A stretch of 64,000 nucleotides of DNA from Mobula hypostoma (lineage: Eukaryota), in NCBI RefSeq assembly GCF_963921235.1, contig NC_086097.1:214708001-214772000 (forward strand), written 5' to 3'. The notes under the pieces are model-generated. The model saw only the letters and a program-made list of their open reading frames with translations. It ran no database searches and was not told the origin of the DNA. The position numbers and the translations under genes are program-made. Below are positions 1-12,085 of this stretch, one piece after another; position 1 is the first letter of the stretch, and each line of letters begins with the position of its first letter.

Positions 1-642
1 AACGTCCCATTGCCTTTGCATTACCTTCCCTTGCTGCTGCAGAGAGAAATTATGCACAGATTGACAGTGAGGCCTGGAGTCTGGTTTGGGGTGTTAAAAA
101 CATTTCAAACAGATCTTGTATGAGAGAGTTTATCCTCATTACTGATCTTCAACCTCTAGTCCATTTTCAATCCACTGACGGGTGACCCACCTACAGTAGC
201 AGCACAAATGCAGAGATGGAGGGCACAATTACAAGATCGAATTCTAGAGGGCAGCTAGTCATGGAAATGCTGATGAAGCATCTTGGAGAAAGGAGAATGA
301 AGGTGTCCACTACTGTCAGAACTATTTCCAGCACTCCCAAAGTCAATTCCTACAACACCACAGACGAACACCCAGAATCTGAGATTATTTCATAGTCACA
401 AGTCTCACTTGCCAATCGGAGTGATTTCTGCCTTGTCAAGAAAGTCATTATCCCGTAAGGATAAGAAAGCCTCCACAGCAAATAAATCTTTTGGCCTGAA
501 TGGAACAGTTTAAAAATTACTATGCTGTTGATATCTTTACAATTGTTGTATTATATACAGTGTATTGTGTGTATGTATGTACTGTATATAATTTGAGATG
601 CATTCTATATTGAGTGCATGGTTATGGTTAAGCAGGGAGGAG

Positions 643-1725
643 TGTTGTGCATTTAATATTTCAATAATATGTGAGTTAAATTGTATATATATCGTTTGGT
701 TAAATGTTCTTGGTTGCTTAAATAATTCATTATGGGTTATATGTGTAATGCCCTGGTTAAGATTTCTGCTGCTGTACTGTGAGGTAGTTTCTGTTGGCAG
801 TTTTCTGTAAAAGCAGTGTGCCATGCTGAAAAGTGTGTTTTGGCTTTGGCTAAGATAAGGGCACATGTTGTCCAACTTAGGAATGTGAGTCAGCCAATCA
901 GGATTGTGGAATGTGAGAGAAGGTTCCAGAGAGCTGTGGGGAAGAGTTTTCTGAAGGACAGTAGTCTGGTTTGGGGTCTTTTGGCGGGAGCTGGGGAGTG
1001 GGACACAAGGGAAGATGCCGCAGAGTGCCATGGGAAGGAGAGACTCTTACAAGAAGTGCTTTGTGCAGATGAATAGCTCCAAGGAGGAAGGCCAATACCC
1101 TGGAGAAAGAGCCAGTTTGTTCGAGATGGACTTTGAGGGAAGTTGAGACTATGACGTGGGTTTGGTGCCGTAACTAACAGTTATAGCCAGCTTTTGGAAG
1201 AGGTGAGCTCCAACGGTCATGTGCATGTTGAGACTGTTTTAACTGCAATAGGCCCTTTAATTTTAGTTTTTTATTAACTGTTTGATAAAGCTGAAATTGT
1301 CAATATACTTCCTTTATAATTTTATGCAATGTACGATCTGTTATTTCATGCTGACTGAAAATCGTGTATGGGCAGTACTTACGCAGCATTTGTTCAAATC
1401 AAGGTTCCGTTAATCGGAACATCCTAACTTTCCTGTTTGGTTGAACCCCAAATCATACTGACCCTAGACATGTATTGTTTATAAAGGTGACCTTCCCACC
1501 ACTGAGTCACGTGGCTGTTAGCCAAGTTAGCTGTCAAGCCAAGTTGGTATATGAGCCTGGTGAAAGGGTTACATATATAAAAGTATGTGTACAGTGTACG
1601 TCATCGCACCACTGCGTCATACGTATATGCATCACTTAAAGTAAAAATTAACTTAGACACATTATTCCTGGATCTGTTCTTTTGCCTTCAATTAATTTTA
1701 TGTTTTGGAGTTACAAAACATAACA
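643..1725 (+). mobile_element. Solo LTR (Gypsy-like), split by a second LTR
   Basis: Starts TGTTGTG (643) and ends CATAACA (1725). Segments 643-743 and 1574-1725 align by eye with the uninterrupted copy at ~41223-41470 (shared end ttttatgttttggagttacaaaacataa). No outer TSD seen. Confidence 0.65.
744..1573. mobile_element. Solo LTR (~830 bp) nested in another LTR
   Basis: TGTAA...TTACA termini with a 4-bp TSD TATG/TATA. Removing the insert and one TSD copy restores colinearity with the 41223 copy. Confidence 0.7.
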
Positions 1726-4003
1726 CTAACTATATTAGAGGCATGTTGTACCCCGATATTTATTTGGTCACCCGTTCCAATGCAGGCAAAGAACAATGTG
1801 TTGTTGGTACTTTAAGTATGTTTAGTCCTATTGACTGAAAATAGTTTTCTAGGCATAAAGAATTGCTGAAAGAACAGAATTGGGGAGAGTGTCTACTCTG
1901 CAGCAACACTAGTCCTGCTGGGCTTTCCTTTCCACTCATTCAACAAGGAGATTGCCTGCAGTTTCCCAAAATCCATTCCTAATGTTTGTGATCAGCATGC
2001 CAGGCAACCAACCAGTTCATAAATGAAAGTTCAATTACATTTTAATTTCGAAGTACATTTATTATTGATTTCATGCAGTTACATATTATGCAGTGACCTT
2101 TCAATGTTAAAATTGCTTTTATAGCCAGAATTGTATCTGATACATAACTTAGACTATTAGTTTATAATTCTACACTTCAAATTTTCTCAACCTTGATAAG
2201 CACAAAATAAACTTGACAGGATTTAAATTTGAACACATGGCTTCTTTTCTGAAAGCTACTACCTTAAATGGAGAAACACTCTTCAGATCTTCCAGAGCCC
2301 ACTAGCAATATTTGTGATGTATGAGAATAATTTGGACTGGAGATGAAAAGCCTGTTTCACAGCTCAGTTCTTCAGTCAGGGAAGTCCTTGTATCCAAACT
2401 CATCCAAATTGGAAGTATCCTTAACTGTCAGAAATTGGCTGGAAATGTTAATGCCCCTCTAAAAGATTTGTGCTTAGAAATCCACAAGAACTGACCGCTA
2501 TTTGCAAAAGTCATCAGCTGGATTGTTTGCTCGGTGTCTCCCCACATTAGAGAAGTGTCAGTGTTGATGAATAATGTCTCTCCATTCGGGAGAGAGGTTG
2601 ACACAAAAGTCAGAATAGGTGATCTGGGTCTCTGAAACAGCCCTTTCAGATTTCCCTGGGGACCTATTATAAACCTATTTTTCTCAGCTTTACTTTTGGG
2701 AATTTGAAACTGATGTTAGAAGATTAAATCTAACAATCTTGTATGTGAAATATATGAAAAATAGTTTTTTCTAAATATTGTAAACAGTATGAGACTTCTA
2801 CTGAACATAATAATGAAGGTCTGAAATCTCACCTGAAGAAATGCAGAGAAGTCTGACAATGAGAGGTTAGTTTCCAATTTCACCCATTGTAGAACAGGTA
2901 TAATTTTTACTGATGATTTCAGTTGAAAATTATTAACCTGTCTTCCTCCTTTAGAGCTGTTGGGATTGGTATTTACCATATTACTAGGTTATCTCATTAT
3001 CAACACGCGTATCTTTTGTAATAACCCGAAATACGAGATCAGAAATGAATTGATGTGGATTAACATGCCTAACAACAGCACAGCAGTCTCTTGCAGTGCA
3101 TCTCCTTTGTAGAGCTACACACAAGGAGGTGATTCCATGAAGTGATTCTATGAATTTTATAGTAACTCAACAGTATCCAACTAACTTCTAAAACCTGCTG
3201 GAGCTGGAATGACATCAAGGCCTTTCAGAACAGCATTACACAAACCCAGCTCTCCACCCTTGTAAAGAAAATGGTGTCCAAGGACTTTTTTTTTTAGTCA
3301 TGCCTTCAAATCAGGCTATTTATGTTGGCTAAATGCAGTGGTATTGAAGAAATAAGTCATCTAATGTTCAGGGCATAGCTGCGAAGAAGATAAATCAATG
3401 AAATAAATCATTTGTTTTCATGTGTAGAGTTGTCCCAGATGTACTGCTCTGTTTAAAGACTTCTGTTGATATATTTAAAACATTAGCTACCTGAGGAAAT
3501 GATTTGGTTGGAACAGGCTTGGTGACCCTGATATAAAATCAGAAAATGCAGGATATACTCAGCGGGTCAGGTTGCATCTGTGGATGCAGGAACAGATCTT
3601 CCACCCAAACCATTGAACCTGTTTCTCCCCATTTTATATTTCCAACATTTGCATCTGTTTTTTTAAAATTTTTCATTTACGTGCTGGCCTTGACATCCTT
3701 GTTCTTCATAAAAGACCACTGTCTTCTATTTGGACATGATTAAATATCTGAAGAATTTATACATCATATTAGAGATTATATTGAATGTTTTGTGAGACTT
3801 ACTCTTCATGTCACAAATGGTACAGAGTGCAGTAAGGTGTCACAGTCTCTTTAATCACAGAACGGTACAGCTCTCTGTATCTATTAAGTGAGATGCCTCA
3901 ATATTTCACTTCAGTTCATTGAATCATTTCGAAAAGTTGCTAAGACAGAGAAAGTTCCAATTTACCACATTCTGCCCAGTTGCGCTCACCTCTACTGGGG
4001 GGA

Positions 4004-5175
4004 TGAAATGCTTTCAGAGGTCACTCATGGCAAGATCAATTCCTGCATGAGCAAGGACTTGAACCCTTTGCCATTTGCTTATCACCACAATAGGTCTCAC
4101 TGGCTCTCCATTCAGCCTTGAATCACCTGGACCACAGCAATACCTACATCAGGCTGCTGTTTACTGATTACAGATCAGCATACAACACAATCATACCCTC
4201 AGTTCTAATTAACAAGCTCGAAAACCTGGGCCACTGCAACCAGATCATTGACTTCCTTATTTGGAGACCACAGTCAGTACGGATCAGAAATAACATCGCC
4301 TCCACACTCGCAGTCAACACTGGCAACCCTCAAGGATGTGTGCTTAGCCCACTGCTCTACTCTCTCTAAACCCACAACTGTGTGGCTAGGCACAGCTCAA
4401 ACACACCTATAAATAGTGAGATTGATCAGCTCGTTGGGGGGGGGGGGGTTGCAGTAACAACCTTGCACTCAACATCAGTAAGACCAAGGAATTGATTGTA
4501 GACTTCAGGAAGGGGAAGTCGAGGAAACACACACCAGTCCTTATCAAGAGATCAGCCGTAGAAAAGGTGAGCAGTTTCAAGTTTCTGGGTGTCAACATGC
4601 CTGAAAGTCTATCCTGGGCCCAACGTAATCATGCAATAGCAAAGAAAGCACAACAGCGGCTAATTTCATTAGGAGTTTGAGGAGATTTGGTATGTCATCA
4701 AAGATTCTAGCAAATTTATACAGATGTACTGTGAGAGCATTCTAACTGGTTGCATCACTGTCTGGTATAGAGGGGCCACTGCACAGGATCAGAAAGAGCT
4801 GCAGAAGGCTACAAGCTCATTCAGCTCCATCTTGGACACTAGCTTGCCCCCTCCCCCAGCACTGAAGACATCTTCAACATGCGATGCCTTAGAAAAGGCG
4901 GCATCCATCATTAAGGACCACATCATCCAGGATATGCCGCCTTCTCATTGCTACCATCAAGGTGGAGGTACAGGAGCCTGAAGATATACACTCAACATTT
5001 CAGGACAGCTTCTTCCCCATTGCCATCAGATTTCTAAATGGACAACAAAGCCGTGAACAATATCTCACCCTTTTTTTGCTCTATTTTGCATTACTTATGT
5101 ATATAAATTATAGTACTGTTTATTACTATGTATTGCAATGTTTGCTGTCACAAAATGACAAACTTCACAACATGC
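4004..5175 (+). mobile_element. Rex1/Babar LINE, decayed RT and 3' end
   Basis: Peptides IRLLFTDYRSAYNTIIP, GNPQGCVLSPLLYSL, (KTKE)LIVDFRK and ESILTGCITVWY in broken frames. Confidence 0.9.
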
Positions 5176-5520
5176 GCCTACAAAATGTAGCGGACATGGG
5201 CCAGTCTATCATGGGTAAAGCCCTCCCCACCTTGAACGCATCTACATTTGGCGCGCTGTCGCAGGAAAGCAGCATCCGTTGTCAATAACCCTCATCATCC
5301 AAGCCCTGTTTTATTCTCACTGCTGCCATCAGGAAGAAGGTACAGAATCCTCAGGACCTACACCACCAAGTTCTGGAACAGTTATTATCCCTCAACCATC
5401 AGATTCTTGAATCAGAGGAGATAACTTTACTCAACTTCACTTGCCTATTACCGAACGGTTTTCAAAACCTATGCACACTTCCAAGGACTTTTCATCTCAC
5501 AATCTCCATATTTATTTATG
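5176..5520 (+). mobile_element. Second Rex1 3' fragment
   Basis: cctacaaaatgtag...gcaggaaagcagcatcc...ccatcaggaagaaggtacag matches the Rex1 3' region at 35040-35260. Confidence 0.8.
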
Positions 5521-5771
5521 GTTATTATTGTGTTGTTTAATGCTATTGTGTAGTGTCTTTGGAACGATACCGGTTGTAGATATTACTATCAGGACAATGT
5601 ATATATATCCTGTTCTTGTTCCACTGTCTTTCAATTTCCTATTTTAATTCAGCATATTTCTGGTGTTTTTCACTTACAGATTTCAGTATATTATGTGTGT
5701 TTGGAATGGCTGTAAGTTGTTCTTGCTTGTTTGTCATTAGATCTGCATGGTTATTGTGGATTGTCCTGTCT

Positions 5772-6797
5772 GTAACAACCAATTTTTTCAAAAACGTTGC
5801 TTCCTCAGAATCTTATTTTGTTTATGATAGACTGCTTGAAGCTGAACACAAATATAATTTTAGACTGTTTGTATCACATAGGAACTTGGAGAAACAAGTA
5901 ATTAACTTTTATTGCATATAATGAGTTTAATTGCATAATGGTGCTGACACTTTGCAATAGTTCAACTAAGCTAAATATTTTTTGTTGATGATTTTCTTTT
6001 GTACTCAGTGTCAGAGGCTTGTTAATTAAATGTCCAACAATATTCAGCCAGCATTGATGGATTCTATTTGCCCTGGTTCCGTTTCTCCATGACCACAATG
6101 TCCTGGTAAAACCTTTCACCGTGCTCGTCTCTGACAGCGCCAAAATTTGCAGGGAAGAAGTCTAAATAGGAATTCAGAAAATTAATCTTCAGTGACATGT
6201 TGTCCTTCATGGTTTTGTATGCTTGAAGCATGATGTCAACCAGGTGCACGTAGTTTGGTGGTTTGTAGTTGCCAAGCAAATTTTCGACAACATCCTTAAA
6301 TACTGTTCATGAAATTTTCTCTGGTCCCACTGCAAGTTCTTTGAATTGTCTGTCATTGATGCCCTGTTTGATTTGTGGACCAACAAAAGTGCCTTCCTTA
6401 ATCTTGGCATCAGTTATTCTGGGGAACATCTGTCTCAAATATCAAAATCCTTCACGGAAATTTATAGCCTTTCTAAACCCTGTCCTGCCATACAGCATCT
6501 GCCCTGCCTAAGCAAGTCCAGGCATGGACAAAATAGAAAACTTTTCAGCTCACCTTGTGGGCGACATTTTAATTGACATGAATTATGAATTGAAATAACA
6601 AATATAGGCAAGTTCAAAAAATTATGTGTGATTTCATGATATTTTCATGATCAGCAGCCCAAAATTCATAAGATACACCCAAAAGTGTTCAGGAAGCAGG
6701 ATCTAGGCCCAGAACGTTGACTGTTTACTCTTTTCCATAGATGCTGCCTGACCTGCAGCATTTTGTGTGTGTTGCTCAGGAAGTAAAATCTTTGTCT
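5772..6797 (-). mobile_element. Internally deleted Chapaev3-like (CMC) DNA transposon with transposase C-terminal remnant
   Basis: ORF 6064-6279 NMSLKINFLNSYLDFFPANFGAVRDEHGERFYQDI...MEKRNQGK resembles the MSLKxHFLHSHLDFFP..LGAVSDEHGERFHQDI motif. Both ends carry an inverted subterminal gcttcct motif. Superfamily assignment is from memory. Confidence 0.7.
6699..6775 (+). mobile_element. Short Penelope-like terminal-repeat fragment with TSD
   Basis: ggccc.gaacgttgactg...gatgctgcctgacctgc...gtgtgtgttgc, flanked by TCAGGAAGCA (6689-6698) and TCAGGAAGTA (6776-6785). Confidence 0.75.
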
Positions 6798-7169
6798 GGA
6801 TAAGTCATAATATAATTTGTAGGACTCTGACTCCAAAACTGGATCAGGCTTGTATTTATAGTAAGGTATGATGTATTTTATAATTTTGTATTTTAAAGCA
6901 AGATTTTGGAGAAGGATGTTCGTCATCTGATTGTGCCTGTTTAAGTTATCAGATTGAGTTAAACTGCTACAGGATTCTGTCATATATTGGATTGTTTCTG
7001 GTTTCACTTGGAATTTTCTACATTTATCATCTTGAATTTATTTGTCTTTCATAATATATATTTGATCATTTTTTGTATTAATAACCTGGTCCTGTACTAC
7101 TACAAAGAAACCCTCTGTTTCTGGCAAGAGGTCTCCAACTCTGAACCAAGCATTCAATGCTTATTATTT

Positions 7170-7995
7170 TTAAAAATAAATTCTCAGTGCAAGCTGGTAA
7201 AACCTGAGGTACTGGCATAGCCAAGCACACTCATTTCTCAATTGCTGGGAACTTTCAGACTATTCTAGTGTTGTATAGTATTGTGGCTTTCTGAAGAATT
7301 ACATAAATATTGCTGTATAGACCTAATTGTTTAACTCCGTTGTGTGGTGACTGGGGTGATACCTGCTATTTGTTGTGCACTTATTTACACGAAGGGATAT
7401 CGCACTATAAACTGTTGAAGTTTGTCCCTGTATGCTATCATAATAGTCTCAAGTTCCATTACTGGATAATATGCACATATTATGAATGTGTTTATTTCTA
7501 ATGACCATTTTATGTGTGTCTTTCTTCTCTTAACTGCTCGAGTGGTCTCAGTTGTAAGCGAACAGCTCCCCTGAGGAACACCTGCAGCAGTCACAGCCTG
7601 TGGTGTTGGTGGGCTGCTTTGAGTGCTGACTGTATCTTTTTCAGGTTTCCTGGCGGCTGCCCCACCTACTCAGCAGTGCACCACTAGCAGTTCACGTACG
7701 GTCATGCCCAGGCATGCCCTGGTGTTCCCAGGCAGTGGCTCTATCACTCTGTTCCACAGGCATCTCTCCATTTCCAAAATGAAAGGGTACTGCTTTTTAT
7801 ACCTGGAGCCAGGCTTTAGGTTCAGCTGTCCCCAACATGGAGAACGGATGCTGACCAGAGCACTGCCCAATCTGGGTCGAGACATGCCTGGATTTGTCTC
7901 TGTTCTGGTCCCAACAGCCCTGCATATTTTCAGAGCATTCTCCAATCCGGCACATGGGGACATGACCGACAGGGGACAAAAAACCTCTCATGGGT
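7170..7995 (-). mobile_element. Internally deleted Dong/R4-like element (probable 5' region fused to 3' end)
   Basis: 7170-7350 matches the 3' end of the 8000-8610 copy. 7385-7594 encodes KRRKTHIKWSLEINTFIICAYY, resembling an R4/Dong N-terminal block. Confidence 0.6.
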
Positions 7996-7999
7996 TATT

Positions 8000-8610
8000 T
8001 TTATTATCATTGTTACTTTATTTTTATTTTTTTCTCAGCTCAAGCTGGTGAAACCCTGAGGTACAGGCATAGCCAAGCACAATCATTTCGCAATTGCAAG
8101 GAACTTTTGGACTATTCTGGTGATGTTTAGTATTGTGGCTTTCTGGAAAACTACATACATATTGCTGTGTAGGCCTAATTGTTTTATGTTATTGTGTAGT
8201 GACTTTGGGATGACAGCAGTCGTAGATATTACTGTTGGGACAATGTATACCCTGTTCATGTTCCATAGTGTTTTATTTCCCCTTTTAATTCAGTATATTT
8301 CTGGTAATTTTACTTATTGATTTATGTATGTTATGTGTGTGTGAAATGGCTATATCTATTAAGGTAAGTTGCTCTTACTTGTTTATCCTGTATTATTATA
8401 TCTGACCAGTTATTATGGATTGTCCTATCTGTAATAATGGATCAGTCATAAATATAATTTGCAGGACTCTGACTAAAACTGGATCAGGCTTGTATTTATA
8501 ATAAGATATGATATATTTTATGAGTTTGTATTTTAAAGCAAGATTTTGGTGAATGATGTTTACCTCTTGATTGTGGCATTGTAGGTAATCAGATTGAGTT
8601 AAACTGCTGT
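8000..8610 (-). mobile_element. Dong/R4-like 3' fragment
   Basis: Minus-strand SIITDRTIHNNWSDII and C-terminal RLE sequence. The 3' end abuts degenerate (TAA)n sequence. Confidence 0.8.
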
Positions 8611-8619
8611 TGGTTTGTT

Positions 8620-8803
8620 AATATTATTTATTTTTGCATTTGCACAGCTTGTTGTCTTCTGCACATTGGTAGTTTGTCCATCCTCCTAGAGGTGGTCCTT
8701 CGTTGATTCTATTGTGTTTCTTGTATTTACTGTGAATGCCTACAAGGAAATGAATCTCAGGGTTGTATATGGGGACAAATAATAAGTTTAATTTGAACTT
8801 TGA
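8620..8803 (+). mobile_element. Rex1-type 3' UTR tail
   Basis: ttgattctattgtgtttcttgtatttactgtgaatgc...gaatctcagggttgtatatgg...tttgaactttga, as at 35460-35565. Confidence 0.75.
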
Positions 8804-9252
8804 TATGCCAATGATACTAAACCTGATTCTGAGCCTTGTCCCTCCATTCACCTCTAATTTTTTCTTAAACGAAACTACTTTACCTACTTCATGCATTTCC
8901 TCTGAGAGCTCACTCCATACACCACTTCTCAATTTCTAAGGGATTTAACAGATTCCTGAAGAGGTAAAAAAAAATTTAGAGAGATGAATTCTGGTTCTAT
9001 TTTAACTAACAGTGATGTCCAGAATAAGCACTTTCATAGAGTCATAGAGTTATGGAGTCATACAGCACAGAGGCAGATCTTTTAGCTCAGCATGTCCATG
9101 TTGATCAACATGACCCATTTGTTTAAATCACAGTTACCAGCATTTAGCCTTCTATGAACTGATGATTCAAATGCGTGTCCAGATATGGAGTGAAAGTTCC
9201 TGCTTCTGTCATTATATACCAGACTCACAAGTACACCTAGCCCTCAACTATT

Positions 9253-9998
9253 AATAGACAATAGACATTAAACAATAGGTGCAGGAGTAGGTCATTCAAC
9301 CCTTCGAGCCAGCACCACCATTCACTGTGATCATGGCTGATCATCCACAATCAGTACCTCGTTCCTGCCTTCTCCCCATATCCCTTGACTCCGCTATCTT
9401 TAAGAGCTCTATCTAACTCTTTCTTGAAAGCGTCCAGAGAATTGGCCTCCACTGCCCTCTGAGGCAGAGCATTCCACAGATCCACAACTCTCTGTGTGAA
9501 AAACTTTTTCCTCAACTCCACTCTAAATGGACTACCTCTTATTCTGAAACTGTGGCCTCTGGTTCTGGACTCCCCCAACATCGGGAACATGTTTCCTGCC
9601 TCTAGCGTGTCCAATCCCTTAATAATCTTATATGTTTCAATCAGATCTGCTCTCACCCTTCTAAATTCCAATGTATACAAGCCCAGTCGCTCCAATCTTT
9701 CAACATATGACAGTCCTGCCATCCCAGGAATTAACCTTGAGAACCTTTGCTGCACTCCCACAATATCAAGAATGTCCTTCCTCAAATTTAGAGACCAAAA
9801 CTGCACACAATACTCAAGGTGTGGTCTCACCAGGGCCCTGTACAACTGTAGAAGGACCTCTTTGCTCCTATACTCAACTCCCCTTGTTATGAAGGCCAAC
9901 ATGCTTTCTTCACTGCCTGCTGTACCTGCATGCTTACTTTCAGTGACTGATGAACAAGGACATCTAGATCTCGTTGTACTTTCCCTTTTCCTAACTTG
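9253..9998 (-). mobile_element. CR1 LINE 3' end (relatively young)
   Basis: 183-aa ORF LAFITRGVEYRSKEVLLQLYRALVRPHLEYCVQFWS...FFTQRVVDLWNALP; (TCTATTG)n-type tail at 9253-9280. Confidence 0.95.
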
Positions 9999-10073
9999 AC
10001 ACTTGACTAGTCTCTCTGTTTTTATGACTTCTTCTATTTCGCTAAGATTACCTCGTTAGAATGGGACAGCCAG

Positions 10074-11030
10074 TCAAGATGCTGCCTGTGTACAATGCCC
10101 CTGAAGCACCTTCAATGACTCCAAAAGACTGAGGTTAGGTAAAATACCAAAAGGCTTTTATTCGCTGTAAAATACAACCTCCATGGTGAGTGTCTGCCCC
10201 TGGACTGAAGGGGAGGGGCAAGGTGAACACCTTTATACAGGATTCTGTGGGAGGAGCCACGGGGGAAGTCAGCAGAGGGGCGTGTCCAGACAGTTAACCC
10301 AGTTACAACATATATATGGTTTACCACAGCTCCTTCAGCTGACATCTTCCGGATTGAACATGGAACCATATATTTCACTTCCTTTATGATTTTTATGTTT
10401 TTCATCTTGAGTGTGATTCTGGAACTGTTGGAGCCTGTGATTTGCTGTTTGGAGATCGCTTGGCTGCTCCAGCGCTCTGCACTCTCGTAAGAGGATTCTG
10501 GGAGGCTGAGGCCGGGTGCGCGGACTTTATGGCGGTTGTGGGATGGGTCGCAAGCTGATGTTCTCTGAATAAAGCGAAGAGGGAGATAGAAGCATTGAGG
10601 CGAGTGAGGAGGGGTGAGTGCCGGCTGCCTGTCTTTTGATCACTCTGCTATTGGGGGGGGGGGGCTGTTGCTGTGCCCGGAGTGTGTTGCCCAGGTTTTC
10701 TGCGTTTTGGATGTGAACTTGGACTATACACTTTTTTCATTCTTATAGATTTTATATTCTATGTTTTTTGCCTGATCTTTCTTGTTTTTTTGTATGAGGA
10801 GGGGGATTTGGAGTTGACGTGCCTGTTCCATTTTGTTTGTTTTTTTTGTGTGGGATGAGGGACTTGAGGGTTGACATACCTGTTCTGTTTCGTTCATTTC
10901 TTTTTGAAGGGAGGGAGTATTTGGGATTTGATGATTTTGCTGTCTTACTTTTTTTTCTTGGTTTCATGGCTACCCAGAGAAGAAGAATTTCAGAGTTGTA
11001 TACTTTGATAGTAAGTAAACCCTTGAACCT
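10074..11030 (+). mobile_element. Non-autonomous element with Rex1-like ends, interrupted by an LTR
   Basis: Begins caagatg(g/c) like the Rex1 5' end at ~33778. Non-coding T-rich body. Ends gaatttcagagttgtatactttgatagtaa...ttgaacc like the Rex1 tail. Confidence 0.6.
10102..10328 (-). mobile_element. Short solo LTR (227 bp)
   Basis: Minus strand TGTGGTAAACC...GGTGCTTCA with TATAAA and AATAAA; 5-bp TSD GCCCC (10097-10101) / GCTCC (10329-10333). Confidence 0.8.
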
Positions 11031-11267
11031 TATTCCATCTGTGCCCCTCATAGCCTTCATAGCTCTATCCAACCCAGCCCTTTACCACAGCCTCCTCCAA
11101 TTACAACATATCTTGAAGAGGATTTTATTTCTTTGATGAGTGTTAATTTCCTTTGGACCTTCCCCGTTTTTTTTTATGAGACATTACTGGAAGTTTGCTG
11201 TTAACCTCATGTTCTCACATCAATGGGTATGTAGCAGAAAGAAAAGAAACCTAAAGATTTTAATTTA

Positions 11268-12085
11268 AGAAGATGGCACCAGCGAACAATGCAACCAAGG
11301 ATGGCATCCTCCAGCCGGATGACACTTCTTTTCAATCTTCTTTTTCTTTCAAATGTGGCTCTGCCTGTGATCTACAGTTTGGTGGTGTGTTTTTGGGCTC
11401 TTGAGCAATCTAGTGCTTTGCCATCTCTGAGAGGATTCCATGGGTCTTTGAATGAAGGGTGCAGGCTGGAGGCCAAGAAGCCTGGAATGGAACATGAGCC
11501 CATGATCGAATCCATTTCTCACTGATCTTGCTGCTTAAAGCACTGAGGAATATTGAAATCATCGAGGCAAGTGTGAAAGGTGAGCAGATGTTCAGCACCG
11601 TCTACCATCCTCTCGTTTGTTGCTGCTGGAGGAAGGTGCCTGCACGTGATGGTCTCTCTCTCCCTCTCGCTCACTGCTCCCAAAGGAAGGTTGCTGTGTT
11701 GGAATGGTCTCTCTCTGTCTCTCGCAATGCTGTCAGAGTTCTGGGTCCTGGGCTAGATTTAGTTGACATGGTTTGTGGATTGGATTCTGTAGTTGACATT
11801 ATCATGTGCTTCTGGGTGCTAGTCGTTCTGTTTTTTTGTTGCTATCTTGGGCGACTTTTGATTGGGGCAGCCTGCAGATAATGAACTGAATATGCCTGGA
11901 CTCATTTGATTTTGTGTTTTATATTCTGTGTTTTTCGCTCTTTTGTTGTTGTCATATGCACATGGGGCGGGGGGTTGATGTTTTTCTTTGAATGTGTTCC
12001 TTTTTTTTTGTTTTATGGCTGGCTGTGGTGAAAACAAATCTTCAGCTTGTTTACTGCATGCGTGCTTAGATAATAAATCCTTATC
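11268..12085 (+). mobile_element. Non-autonomous element with Rex1-like ends
   Basis: Starts aagatggcacc; 3' half similar to 10700-11030 and 24945-25220; ends gataataaa. Confidence 0.55.

Larger units (their letters stand above)
5520..7098 (-). mobile_element. Dong/R4-clade non-LTR retrotransposon 3' part (RLE domain), interrupted at ~5775-6797
   Basis: Minus-strand peptides QDQVINTK...DDKCRK..KPETIQ (CCHC knuckle), RHNQ, PYYKYKPDPVLESESYKLYYD and TDRTIHNN.D (restriction-like endonuclease). The two halves join colinearly with the 8000-8610 copy. Confidence 0.8.

Noticed and set aside
537..1095. 164-aa and overlapping ORFs
   Set aside because: They cross LTR boundaries, have non-ATG or arbitrary starts and show no recognisable domain.
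9351..9902. CR1, Rex1 and RTE ORFs as functional host genes (also 37980-38582 and 44157-44615)
   Set aside because: They are 5'-truncated retrotransposon fragments with adjacent stops and frameshifts, and show no sign of domestication.
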